Positions 7,520 to 16,479 of a DNA stretch of 62,012 bases are shown in pieces. The translations under genes were made by a program, and so were the position numbers. How positions within the stretch are numbered: the stretch's first letter is position 1; the number at the start of each line of letters is the position of its first letter. The notes beneath the pieces were generated by a model, which was not told the DNA's origin, made no database searches, and was given only the letters and a program-made list of their open reading frames with translations. Source of the DNA: Campylobacterales bacterium (GTDB taxonomy: Bacteria; Campylobacterota; Campylobacteria; Campylobacterales; QNZT01); the NCBI GenBank assembly GCA_027066435.1, contig JAMONX010000156.1, positions 1-62,012 of the forward strand, read 5' to 3'.

Positions 7520-9634
7520 ATGACAACAAAAGAACTAAAAAAACTAGAAAATGATTTATGGGACACGGCAAATACTTTAAGAGCGACTGGCGGTATCAAG
7601 TCTTCTGATTATGCTGTGCCTGTTTTGGGGATTATATTTTTACGATTTGCGGACAATAAGTATGATCTTGTCGAAGCAGATATCTTAAAAGAGTTTGAAA
7701 AGAACAGAGGTACAAGAGCAGAAGTATCTATAGAAAAGATAGCAGTTCGTACATGTGGTATATATCTAAGTGAGAGTTCACGATATGAATATCTTTTAAA
7801 TCTTCCAAGTTCTCAGAGTATGGCAGAAGCTATCAAAAATGCTATGGAAGATATCGAGAAGCATCAAGATGAACAGTTTAAAGATATATTGCCAAAAGAT
7901 GCATATGCTGAGATAGAAAACAATAGTAGTGAAATCCTTCCTAAACTTATCAAAACATTTTCGGATATTCCCAAAGATGCATCTGGCGATGTGTTTGGAA
8001 AGATTTATGAATATTTTTTGGGTAAGTTTGCACTGAGTGAAGGTCAAAAGGGTGGAGAGTTTTTTACACCTACTTCTGTTGTAAAGTTTATCGTTGAGAC
8101 TATCGAACCTTATAAAGGAAAGATATTTGATCCTGCTTGTGGTAGTGGTGGTATGTTTGTACAGTCTGCGAACTTTTTGGAGAGAACAAAACATACAAGA
8201 GATGCTATATATGTCTGTGGTCAGGAAAATGAACAATCAACAGTGAAACTAGCAAAGATGAATCTACTTGTAAATAATTTAAGTGGTGAGATAAAAAAAG
8301 CAAACTCTTATGAAGAAAATCCTTATAACAGTAAAGGTAAGTTTGACTTTGTCATGGCAAATCCTCCTTTTAATGTCAAAGGTGTTAAAGAGAGTGCTGT
8401 AAAAAATGATGAACGATTTACGGAGTATGGATTGCCCAAAAATAAGGATAAAAAAGATGACAAAATCACCGATGCAAACTATCTGTGGATTTCACTGTTT
8501 GCTACATCACTAAATGATAAAGGTCGTGCAGGATTTGTCATGCCAAACTCTGCTTCGGATGCTAGAAATAGTGAAGGTGAGATACGAAAAAAGATAGTAG
8601 ATAGTGGTATAGTTGAAGTGATGGTAACGATACCCTCAAATATGTTTTATACTGTAACTCTTCCTGCTACACTTTGGTTTTTTGATAAAGAAAAAGTGAA
8701 CACTCCAAGAAAAGACAAGATACTTTTTATAGATGCAAGAGCAGTTTATAATCAAATAGATAGGGCTCATAGAGAGTGGACAGATGAACAAGTGCAAAAC
8801 TTGGCTTCAATCGTCAGGCTTCATCGTGGGGAAAAAGAGAGGTATCTGGAGCTTATCGCTAGATATATCGAAAGTTTTCAAGAAAATATAGAGGGTATTG
8901 AGAAACTGTTTGATACTTATCATGGTAGTCATGATGGCTTGATATTGGCGTTAAAAAGTTATCAAGAAAAAAGTGAAAGTAAAAGAAAAAAAGAGGCTTG
9001 TGAGAGACTAAAATCTTCTGGATTTTTAGAAGATTTAGAGAAACTCCAAACACTAGAAACTCCAAGTTTTCCTTCACTCAAAGAGATAAAAAGTTTTGAC
9101 ACAAATCATCATGATAACTCCTCTCAGATAAGTGTAGCAAAAAAGATAGGCGAGGTAGTACAAAGCTATCATGATAGGTTAAAAACAATACAAGAAAGAC
9201 ACTATTTTTTACTAGATACTTATAAGAGTAGTGAAAAATATCTCAAACTAAAAGCAGATAAAACATGGGGAGAGTTAGCCCTTGTGAAAAAGAAACTTTT
9301 TGTAGAACTGAACTTTAATCATATTCAAGAGAAGCTAGAGAGTATCTGTTATTGGTATCAAAACATAGAGTGGCTTCAAAGTAAGTTTCCAGATGCCAAG
9401 TATGTAGATATCGTAGGGCTTTGTAAAGTGGCTTTACGGGATGAGTATGTAGATGAAGAGGATTATTCGTTAAATGCTGGGCGATATGTGGGAATAACAC
9501 TTGAGGATAAAAATATCACTGAAGAGGAGTTTAAAGCATCTTTGCAAGAGAAACATCAAAAGTTACAAGTTTTAAATGAACAAGCACATGTGTTAGAGAA
9601 GTTGATTGATGAAAATATGAGTAAGGTTTTATAG
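7520..9634 (+). CDS. hsdM: Type I restriction-modification system methyltransferase subunit (N6-adenine), long form
   Basis: HsdM_N-like N-terminus (LWDTANTLRA), SAM motif FDPACGSGGMF, catalytic NPPF (VMANPPFN), C-terminal YSLNAGRYVG. Followed by hsdS and hsdR. Confidence 0.92.
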   Translation: MTTKELKKLENDLWDTANTLRATGGIKSSDYAVPVLGIIFLRFADNKYDLVEADILKEFEKNRGTRAEVSIEKIAVRTCGIYLSESSRYEYLLNLPSSQSMAEAIKNAMEDIEKHQDEQFKDILPKDAYAEIENNSSEILPKLIKTFSDIPKDASGDVFGKIYEYFLGKFALSEGQKGGEFFTPTSVVKFIVETIEPYKGKIFDPACGSGGMFVQSANFLERTKHTRDAIYVCGQENEQSTVKLAKMNLLVNNLSGEIKKANSYEENPYNSKGKFDFVMANPPFNVKGVKESAVKNDERFTEYGLPKNKDKKDDKITDANYLWISLFATSLNDKGRAGFVMPNSASDARNSEGEIRKKIVDSGIVEVMVTIPSNMFYTVTLPATLWFFDKEKVNTPRKDKILFIDARAVYNQIDRAHREWTDEQVQNLASIVRLHRGEKERYLELIARYIESFQENIEGIEKLFDTYHGSHDGLILALKSYQEKSESKRKKEACERLKSSGFLEDLEKLQTLETPSFPSLKEIKSFDTNHHDNSSQISVAKKIGEVVQSYHDRLKTIQERHYFLLDTYKSSEKYLKLKADKTWGELALVKKKLFVELNFNHIQEKLESICYWYQNIEWLQSKFPDAKYVDIVGLCKVALRDEYVDEEDYSLNAGRYVGITLEDKNITEEEFKASLQEKHQKLQVLNEQAHVLEKLIDENMSKVL

Positions 9635-10881
9635 TGTCAAAAATTGAATGGATTGAAAAAACACTTGGTGACTTGATTCATATTAAACATGGTTGGGCAT
9701 TTAAAGGTGAATATTTTGCTAGTGATGGTGAGTATATCGTAGTAACTCCTGGAAATTTTTTTGAAGAAGGTGGTTTTCGTCTTAGAATTGGTAAAGAGAA
9801 ATTTTATACTGATAAATTTCCAACAGAGTACCTTTTAAAGAAAAATGACTTGGTGATTGCTATGACTGAACAAGGAGAAGGATTACTTGGAAGTCCAGCT
9901 TTGATACCTTATGATGATGTATTTTTACATAATCAAAGAATTGGGCTATTTCAAGATTTTGATGAAGAGTTAGTATCTAAAGAGTATTTATATTATCTAT
10001 TTTTTACACAGTACATACGAGACACTATTGCTAACTCTTCAACAGGAACAAAAGTTCGACATACTGCACCTAAAAGCATTTATAAAATCAAAGTAAAATT
10101 ACCCTCACTAAAAACTCAAACAAAGATAGCTTCCATCCTCTCCTCTTATGATGAACTCATAGAAAACAACAACCAACGCATCAAACTCCTTGAAGAGATG
10201 GCGGAAGAGATTTATAAAGAGTGGTTTGTGAGGTTTAGGTTTCCAGACTTTCAAAATGTAAAAATGGTTGATGGGATACCTGAAGAGTGGAAAGAGAATC
10301 AAATGAAAGATTATGGAAAAATAGTAACAGGAAAAACACCATCAACACAATGTAGTGATAATTTTGGTGGCAATATCCCATTTATAAAAATTCCAGACTT
10401 TAAACAAGGTTTATTTGTAATTGATACTGATGAAACACTTAGTTTAAAAGGTGCAAACTCTCAGAAAAATCAATTTATTCCTGCTAATTCAATTTGTATT
10501 AGTTGTATTGGTAGTGTTGGGGAAGTTGCTATTACTATGGAACAATCACAAACAAATCAGCAAATTAATACTATAGAGTTGCAAAATATTAATAATTTAG
10601 AATATTTATATTTTGCATTAAAAAAATTAAAACCTATAGTAGAGGCATATGCTGCAACTGGTGCAACAATGGGTAATATAAGTAAAGGTAAATTTGAAAA
10701 ACTAAAACTTGTAAAACCTAATGATTTTCTTTTGGAAAAGTTTAGTGATATTGTAAAACCAATATTTGAAGAGATAAAAAATCTAATGCAAAAAAACCAA
10801 AACCTAAAACAAACAAGAGACCTACTATTACCACGACTTATCAGTGGCAAATTGGATATAGAAAAACTAAAGATAACCTAA
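9634..10881 (+). CDS. hsdS: Type I R-M specificity subunit with two target-recognition domains
   Basis: GTG start overlapping the hsdM stop by 1 nt (TAGTG). Central conserved region LPSLKTQTKIASILSSYDELIENNNQRIKLLEEMAEEIYKEWFVRFRFP and C-terminal conserved region QTRDLLLPRLISGKL. Confidence 0.9.
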   Translation: MSKIEWIEKTLGDLIHIKHGWAFKGEYFASDGEYIVVTPGNFFEEGGFRLRIGKEKFYTDKFPTEYLLKKNDLVIAMTEQGEGLLGSPALIPYDDVFLHNQRIGLFQDFDEELVSKEYLYYLFFTQYIRDTIANSSTGTKVRHTAPKSIYKIKVKLPSLKTQTKIASILSSYDELIENNNQRIKLLEEMAEEIYKEWFVRFRFPDFQNVKMVDGIPEEWKENQMKDYGKIVTGKTPSTQCSDNFGGNIPFIKIPDFKQGLFVIDTDETLSLKGANSQKNQFIPANSICISCIGSVGEVAITMEQSQTNQQINTIELQNINNLEYLYFALKKLKPIVEAYAATGATMGNISKGKFEKLKLVKPNDFLLEKFSDIVKPIFEEIKNLMQKNQNLKQTRDLLLPRLISGKLDIEKLKIT

Positions 10882-10891
10882 AGGAGCAGAC

Positions 10892-13800
10892 ATGGCATAT
10901 CTAAACGAATCACATATAGAAGATGCAGATATAGCATTTTTTTCAGAGCTTGGATATGCTCATATAAATGCTTGGAAAGATGAACTTTTGGGTAGAAAGT
11001 CTCTTAAAGAGGTTGTTTTAAGAGATAAGCTAGAGTCTGCTCTTGTCACCATAAATCCTACTTTGCCACTGATAGCCATACATGATGCTTTGGATATGCT
11101 CACAAAATCTCGTGCAAGTCAAGGTGAACTTGAATCAAACATGGAGCTTTATCATCTTATCAAAGATGGTGTACCTGTGACATTTACCAATGATGAAGCC
11201 AAAGAGGAAGTGACAAAAGTAAAAGTGATAGATTTTGAAAACAGTTCAAACAATGACTTTTTGATTGTCTCTCAACTTACCATTGAGTATAGAGATAGCA
11301 ATGCAAAGAGAAGACCGGATTTGATTTTATATGTCAACGGTTTACCGCTCATCATGATAGAGTTAAAAAATGCAACGATCAAAGTCAAGCAGGGTTATGA
11401 TAAAAATTTACAAGATTATAGGCAAGATATTCCTCAACTTTTTTACTACAATCTTTTTATCATTATCTCAAATGGCATACAGACAAGAGTAGGGAGTTTT
11501 AATGCTCCATGGGAGCACTTTTTTACTTGGAGTAAACTAGAAGACAATGTAAAAAATCATGACCAACAAACTCTTTTACAAGTAGAACAACAAAGCAAAG
11601 ATGAAAAATCAAGACTCTCTTTAAAGATAGTAACTGAAGGTTTATGTTCAAAAGATAAGCTTATTGATTATTGTGAGAATTTTGTACTTTATCATAGAAA
11701 CAAGGTAAAGATTATCGCAAAAAACCATCAATTTTTGGGAGTCAATGTTGCGATAGACTCTTTTAATAAGAGAGATGGTTCAGGAAAGCTTGGTGTATTT
11801 TGGCATACACAAGGGAGTGGAAAGTCCTACTCTATGATATTTTTCTCCAAAAAGATAAATCGCCGTATCGAGGGGAATTGGTCATTTTTGATATTGACCG
11901 ATAGAAATGATTTGGATGATCAGATATTTAGAAACTTTTTGGATACAAAAACTTTTGAGATATCAAGTAGTGAGCAACAGACAAAAAATCAGTACAGAGC
12001 AAAAGGGACTTCAAGTCGAAAACAGTTAGAAGAAGCGTTAAGTAAAAACAAAAGCTACTTTTTCTCAACCATCTTTAACTTTGCCGTAGCCAAAGGAAAA
12101 ACATACACACAAAAATCAGATAGAAATAACTGGATAGTCATCATCGATGAAGCACACCGAAGCCAATATAAAGGGTATGGAGAAAATATCAAGATAGCTC
12201 TACCAAATGCACAGTTTATAGCTTTTACAGGAACACCTATACTTAAAAGTGGATTGACTGAACAGTGGTTTGGCTCTTATATATCTGAATATAATTTTGC
12301 TCAAAGTATAGAAGATGGAGCGACTGTGCCATTGTACTATCGTAAAAGTGTACCTAGTGTTGAACAAGTCAATGAAGAGTTGGTAGGAGATGCAGCAGAG
12401 ATACTAGATAGTCATGATTTAAATGAAGAACAACAACAAAAACTTGATCGTGAGTATTCAACACTATTTGAAGTGGTTAAGCGTGATGATAGATTGGATG
12501 AAGTGGCAAAACATATCGTTAAACATTTTCCTTCACGCTTAGATGTTATAAATGAAGAGGGAGATAGAAAACCGATGAAAGCAATGGTTGTTTCTATCGA
12601 TAAGTTTACAGCACTTCGTATGCATGACAAAGTACAACACTTTTTGAAAGAAGAGTTAAAAGAGCTTCGTAAAGAAAAATCAAGATGTAGAGATAGTGAA
12701 CAAAAAGAGATAATCAGTCGTAAAATTGACTTTATCAATGAGACTAAAATGGCAGTTGTCATAAGTCAAGAGGGTGGTGATAGGCAAGAGAGGGAAAAGT
12801 TTGCAGAAGTAGGCTTAGATATCACACCTCATAGAAAACTTATGGATTCTCCTGATGAAGATGGGAGAGACATAGAAGACTACTTTAAAGACCCAAACAA
12901 TCCTTATAGAGTAGTGTTTGTAACAGCCATGTGGATGACTGGATTTGACGCTCCAAGTGTTTCAACACTTTATCTTGATAAGCCTATGAAAAACCATACT
13001 TTGATGCAGACTATCGCAAGAGCAAACAGAGTGTATGAGGGTAAGAAAAATGGGCTTATTATAGATTATTTTGGTGTTTTTAGAAGTTTAAAAAAAGCAT
13101 TGAGTGATTATGCTGAGGGTTCAAGTGGTACAAGTTCACCACTTGATATGCCTGTAAAAGAGTTTGGTGAACTTCTAAAACTCTTAGAACAAGGCATCAA
13201 AGAGTGCAAAATGTACCTAAATGATTTTGATGTCGACGTAGAGCGTATACATGCGTTGGGTGAAAAAGGGTTTAAAGAAGTTGTACTATTTCAAGACTTT
13301 GCAGATACTATCTTGGAAAATGATGATAGACGAAAGCGATTTAACCTTTTTGTCAACACTATCTCTTCACTTTATGATTCTGCAAAACCCGAAGTTTATG
13401 AATACCCACACATCAAAAAAGAGAGAGATCTGTTTTTATACCTCAAGGACATAGTAAACCGTAAACTTGACCGTGATGAAGAGATACAAAAGGCTCGAAA
13501 AGAGGTAGATGATTTGCTTGATAGTAGTGTACTTGGTAAAGGTGACTTGGATGATGGCAAGGTAAATATCACAGACTATAAAGAGATAAATCTTGGAAAA
13601 CTTAACTTTGAAAAACTACGAGAAGAATTTCCCAAAAAAGAGCATAAGAACATGAGCTTTACGGATTTAAAAGAGTTTATGGAGTTAAAACTAAAACAGA
13701 TGATGGCTAGAAATAAAACAAGAGGATCTTTTTTAGAAAACTTTGAAAGAGTCATCGATGAATATAACAATGGCAGTATAGAGATAGAAGAAGCATATGA

Positions 13801-14176
13801 AAAGCTTTTGAGAGAGGCTCAAAGGCTAAGTGATGAAGAAAACCGTGCTCTTTCTATGGGACTTAGTGAAGAGGAGTTAGAGATATTTGACTTGCTTAAA
13901 AAAGATAAGCTAACAAAAGATGATGAAAAAGAGGTACGAAAAGCATCAGTTTTGCTACTTAAAAAACTTGAAGATAAAAAACATGAGTTGTTTATGTATA
14001 AGTGGTATAAAGAGAAGCAGAAAAAAGAGAGAGTTCAAGATGAGATAAAAAAAGTGCTTGACCAAGCTTTACCTGCATCATATAAAAAAGACATTTTTAT
14101 GAAAAAGAATGAAGAAATTTTTGCTCATATTTACCATTTGGCAGAGGTAGGAAATAGCCGATATTTGAGTGCTTAG
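10892..14176 (+). CDS. hsdR: Type I restriction endonuclease/helicase subunit
   Basis: N-terminal nuclease-like RRPDLILYVNGLPLIMIELK, helicase motifs HTQGSGKS, IIDEAHRSQ, FTGTP, MTGFDAP, QTIARANR. 1094 aa. Confidence 0.93.
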   Translation: MAYLNESHIEDADIAFFSELGYAHINAWKDELLGRKSLKEVVLRDKLESALVTINPTLPLIAIHDALDMLTKSRASQGELESNMELYHLIKDGVPVTFTNDEAKEEVTKVKVIDFENSSNNDFLIVSQLTIEYRDSNAKRRPDLILYVNGLPLIMIELKNATIKVKQGYDKNLQDYRQDIPQLFYYNLFIIISNGIQTRVGSFNAPWEHFFTWSKLEDNVKNHDQQTLLQVEQQSKDEKSRLSLKIVTEGLCSKDKLIDYCENFVLYHRNKVKIIAKNHQFLGVNVAIDSFNKRDGSGKLGVFWHTQGSGKSYSMIFFSKKINRRIEGNWSFLILTDRNDLDDQIFRNFLDTKTFEISSSEQQTKNQYRAKGTSSRKQLEEALSKNKSYFFSTIFNFAVAKGKTYTQKSDRNNWIVIIDEAHRSQYKGYGENIKIALPNAQFIAFTGTPILKSGLTEQWFGSYISEYNFAQSIEDGATVPLYYRKSVPSVEQVNEELVGDAAEILDSHDLNEEQQQKLDREYSTLFEVVKRDDRLDEVAKHIVKHFPSRLDVINEEGDRKPMKAMVVSIDKFTALRMHDKVQHFLKEELKELRKEKSRCRDSEQKEIISRKIDFINETKMAVVISQEGGDRQEREKFAEVGLDITPHRKLMDSPDEDGRDIEDYFKDPNNPYRVVFVTAMWMTGFDAPSVSTLYLDKPMKNHTLMQTIARANRVYEGKKNGLIIDYFGVFRSLKKALSDYAEGSSGTSSPLDMPVKEFGELLKLLEQGIKECKMYLNDFDVDVERIHALGEKGFKEVVLFQDFADTILENDDRRKRFNLFVNTISSLYDSAKPEVYEYPHIKKERDLFLYLKDIVNRKLDRDEEIQKARKEVDDLLDSSVLGKGDLDDGKVNITDYKEINLGKLNFEKLREEFPKKEHKNMSFTDLKEFMELKLKQMMARNKTRGSFLENFERVIDEYNNGSIEIEEAYEKLLREAQRLSDEENRALSMGLSEEELEIFDLLKKDKLTKDDEKEVRKASVLLLKKLEDKKHELFMYKWYKEKQKKERVQDEIKKVLDQALPASYKKDIFMKKNEEIFAHIYHLAEVGNSRYLSA

Positions 14177-14281
14177 GTTTTTTAGATTGAGATCTGTTAC
14201 TATTCTAGGGATACAACCAAATATCAAACTAGCTTTTAATATGTCACAATAACAATATCACTCTAAAGGAACTACTTAATT

Positions 14282-14581
14282 ATGATTACATCAGTAAGCA
14301 AAAAAAATAGTCTTCACACCGTAAAACCAAAAGAACTTCTAAAAATTGGACTTGATCCAGCAGTTCTTTGGAATGTTGATAGAGATAGAGAAATTGAAAG
14401 TTCTATTTTTATAGTTGCAACACTTAAAAATGGTTACAATGAGAAAATTGTATTAACTCTAAAAGAGTATTTTGGTACAGATATGATTTTAACCTCGCTA
14501 AACAAACATAGAAGTAGAGTATCTGATAAACTATTTCAGAGTGTAAATAAATACCTTGAACAATCTTTATCTGTTGCATGA
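14282..14581 (+). CDS. Hypothetical small protein, possibly the antitoxin-side partner of the truncated downstream gene
   Basis: 99-aa ORF whose stop overlaps the next ATG in an ATGA junction (14578-14581). No recognisable motif. Confidence 0.4.
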   Translation: MITSVSKKNSLHTVKPKELLKIGLDPAVLWNVDRDREIESSIFIVATLKNGYNEKIVLTLKEYFGTDMILTSLNKHRSRVSDKLFQSVNKYLEQSLSVA

Positions 14582-14760
14582 TTTATCCAAAAGCATTTGC
14601 TCTTTTAGAAAGATTTAGTAAAGAAGATTTTTTAAAAGAGAATTGAGCAGCTCTTATTAGTGGTACTAAACTGCCACTAAATATTAAGATACATTATCCA
14701 CTGAACTCCATCCCTCCTTTGTATGGGGACAATAAAATTATTGCTATTAATCACATTTAA
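14578..14760 (+). pseudogene. Truncated gene remnant, tentatively the N-terminus of an AbiEii/DUF1814-type nucleotidyltransferase toxin
   Basis: ATG 14578 reads MIYPKAFALLERFSKEDFLKEN, then TGA (14644-14646). The same frame continues AALISGTKLPLNIKIHYPLNS... to TAA 14758-14760. This loosely resembles the F-L-x-GGTAL-x-L N-terminal motif of AbiEii proteins. The remainder of the gene is absent. Confidence 0.3.
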
Positions 14761-14808
14761 TGATATAATATAAAAACTATTAAATGCATTTAATACTAAA
14801 GGAGTTTC

Positions 14809-15996
14809 ATGATACCGATACTTAGTAAACTATCTAAGCGATTTTTGAGTGCAAAGCCATCCTCTTTCAAGAGATTTTTATATGAACAGATAGACTTTTC
14901 AGCAAAGATCATAGGTATAGTGGGTGGTAGAGGCTCAGGTAAAACTACCCTCATGCACCAGTATGCAAAAGCATCAAAATATAAAAGCTCTCAGATACTA
15001 TACATATCTTGTGATCATCCCTCTGTTATACAAACAGATATATATGAGATAGTGGATGATTTTTATGTTAGAGGTGGCAAACTGCTCTTGCTTGATGAAA
15101 TACACAAGATAAAAGAGTTTTCAAAACATCTCAAAGCCATCTATGACTTTACAGATCTTCAAGTTATCTTTTCTGGATCTTCTGCTATGAGTATCAAACA
15201 TGAGAGTGGAGATCTCTCAAGAAGAGCTTTGATATACGATATGCCTGTTCTCTCTTTTAGAGAGTTTTTAGCACTGAAAAATATCGCCCATCTAAAGTCA
15301 TTCACACTTGATGAGATACTATCTTCTCATGAGGATATAGTCGTAGATATACTAGAACATATAAAGCCGTTAGAGCATTTTGAGAACTATTTGGAGTATG
15401 GAGCATATCCGTTTTTCAAAGAGGGTATAAACTCATATAGCGATAGACTGTTAGAGGTAGTACATACCACTATAGACAGTGACTTAGCATCTATCTTTAG
15501 CATAAATCACGATAAACTTGATGCCCTGAAAAAGGTGCTATATATGCTCTGTAGCACCACTCCTTATGAGGTAAACAAATCAAAACTATCAAACAGTGCA
15601 GGAGTCTCATGGAGTACACTTTCAAAGTACTTAGAGTATATGCAAAAAGGATCACTGCTCAACATCATAAGAGGAAGCAAAGGGCATAAAACTATCCAGA
15701 CACCAAACAAGATACTACTAAACAATCCAAACCTTTTTAGTGTGCTTTGTGCCAAGGCTGACATAGGAGCTATAAGAGAGAGTTTTATCATCTCACAACT
15801 TTTGACTTCACATCAGGTACATTATCATCATCAGGGAGATTTTTTGATAGATGAGCGTGTAGTTTTAGAAGTGGGTGGCAAATCAAAAGATGCAAAACAG
15901 ATAGCAGGGATAAAAAATGCTTATCTAGCTATAGATGACATAGAGAGTGGATATGATGATGTTATACCTCTTTGGTTGTTTGGGTTTTTGTATTAA
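14809..15996 (+). CDS. AAA family ATPase (COG1373 / DUF4143-type)
   Basis: Walker A GGRGSGKTT and Walker B LLLDEIH. Size and C-terminal region are typical of the AAA_14 + DUF4143 architecture. AAGGAG RBS upstream. Confidence 0.75.
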   Translation: MIPILSKLSKRFLSAKPSSFKRFLYEQIDFSAKIIGIVGGRGSGKTTLMHQYAKASKYKSSQILYISCDHPSVIQTDIYEIVDDFYVRGGKLLLLDEIHKIKEFSKHLKAIYDFTDLQVIFSGSSAMSIKHESGDLSRRALIYDMPVLSFREFLALKNIAHLKSFTLDEILSSHEDIVVDILEHIKPLEHFENYLEYGAYPFFKEGINSYSDRLLEVVHTTIDSDLASIFSINHDKLDALKKVLYMLCSTTPYEVNKSKLSNSAGVSWSTLSKYLEYMQKGSLLNIIRGSKGHKTIQTPNKILLNNPNLFSVLCAKADIGAIRESFIISQLLTSHQVHYHHQGDFLIDERVVLEVGGKSKDAKQIAGIKNAYLAIDDIESGYDDVIPLWLFGFLY

Positions 15997-16059
15997 AAAA
16001 CATATAGATTTAAATTCATGGTAATAAACTACCTAAAATTATGATGTGATTAGGTATTC

Positions 16060-16248
16060 TCAAGCACTTTTTTTCTTTTCTTCAAATGGATTTTGCATGG
16101 TAATAGTTCCATCAGGAAGTTGAAAATATATTACTCCGTTTTTACTATAAACATTTGCTACACCATTCTCTAAACTTTTTTTCTGTGCTTTACGAACTGC
16201 ATTGTTAGCTATTTTTTGTATTGTTTTTCTATCAATTTTATTTTTCAT
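16060..16248 (-). CDS. Small basic hypothetical protein (62 aa), second gene of a decayed two-gene cassette
   Basis: The ORF start overlaps the end of the upstream reading frame (aaATGaaaaaTAA). No family recognised. Confidence 0.45.
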   Translation of the reverse strand: MKNKIDRKTIQKIANNAVRKAQKKSLENGVANVYSKNGVIYFQLPDGTITMQNPFEEKKKSA

Positions 16249-16477
16249 TTATATCCTTTAAAAACTCTTGATGTTTTTCATTGTCATATATCGTATTGTT
16301 ATCTGCTATTTTTTCAAATATTTCATTTGGCAGATTTACCTATATAAAGTCTCCTACAAATCTTTACTCCATTGGTATAACCATAAAAGAGAATGTTGAT
16401 GGCACTTCATATATTATTGTATTTGCAACTCCAACTTCACCCATAGCACTCACTAAGATATGCCTAAAATAATGCAT
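16238..16477 (-). pseudogene. 80-codon reading frame interrupted by two in-frame stop codons
   Basis: Hand translation of the minus strand from ATG 16477: MHYFRHILVSAMGEVGVANTIIYEVPSTFSFMVIPME*RFVGDFI*VNLPNEIFEKIADNNTIYDNEKHQEFLKDINEK*. The stops are TAA 16364-16366 and TAG 16340-16342. The end overlaps the start of the 62-aa gene. Confidence 0.5.
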
Positions 16478-16479
16478 CG

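Noticed and set aside
14700-14735. Third copy of the TTTTGTCCC core (reverse complement of GGGGACAATAAAA)
   Set aside because: Only about 8 nt match, with an interruption and no flanking similarity to the 237-287 and 7391-7440 elements.
16281-16472. Plus-strand 63-aa ORF
   Set aside because: It lies antisense to the stop-interrupted minus-strand frame, which has operon-like junctions on both sides. No RBS or motif.
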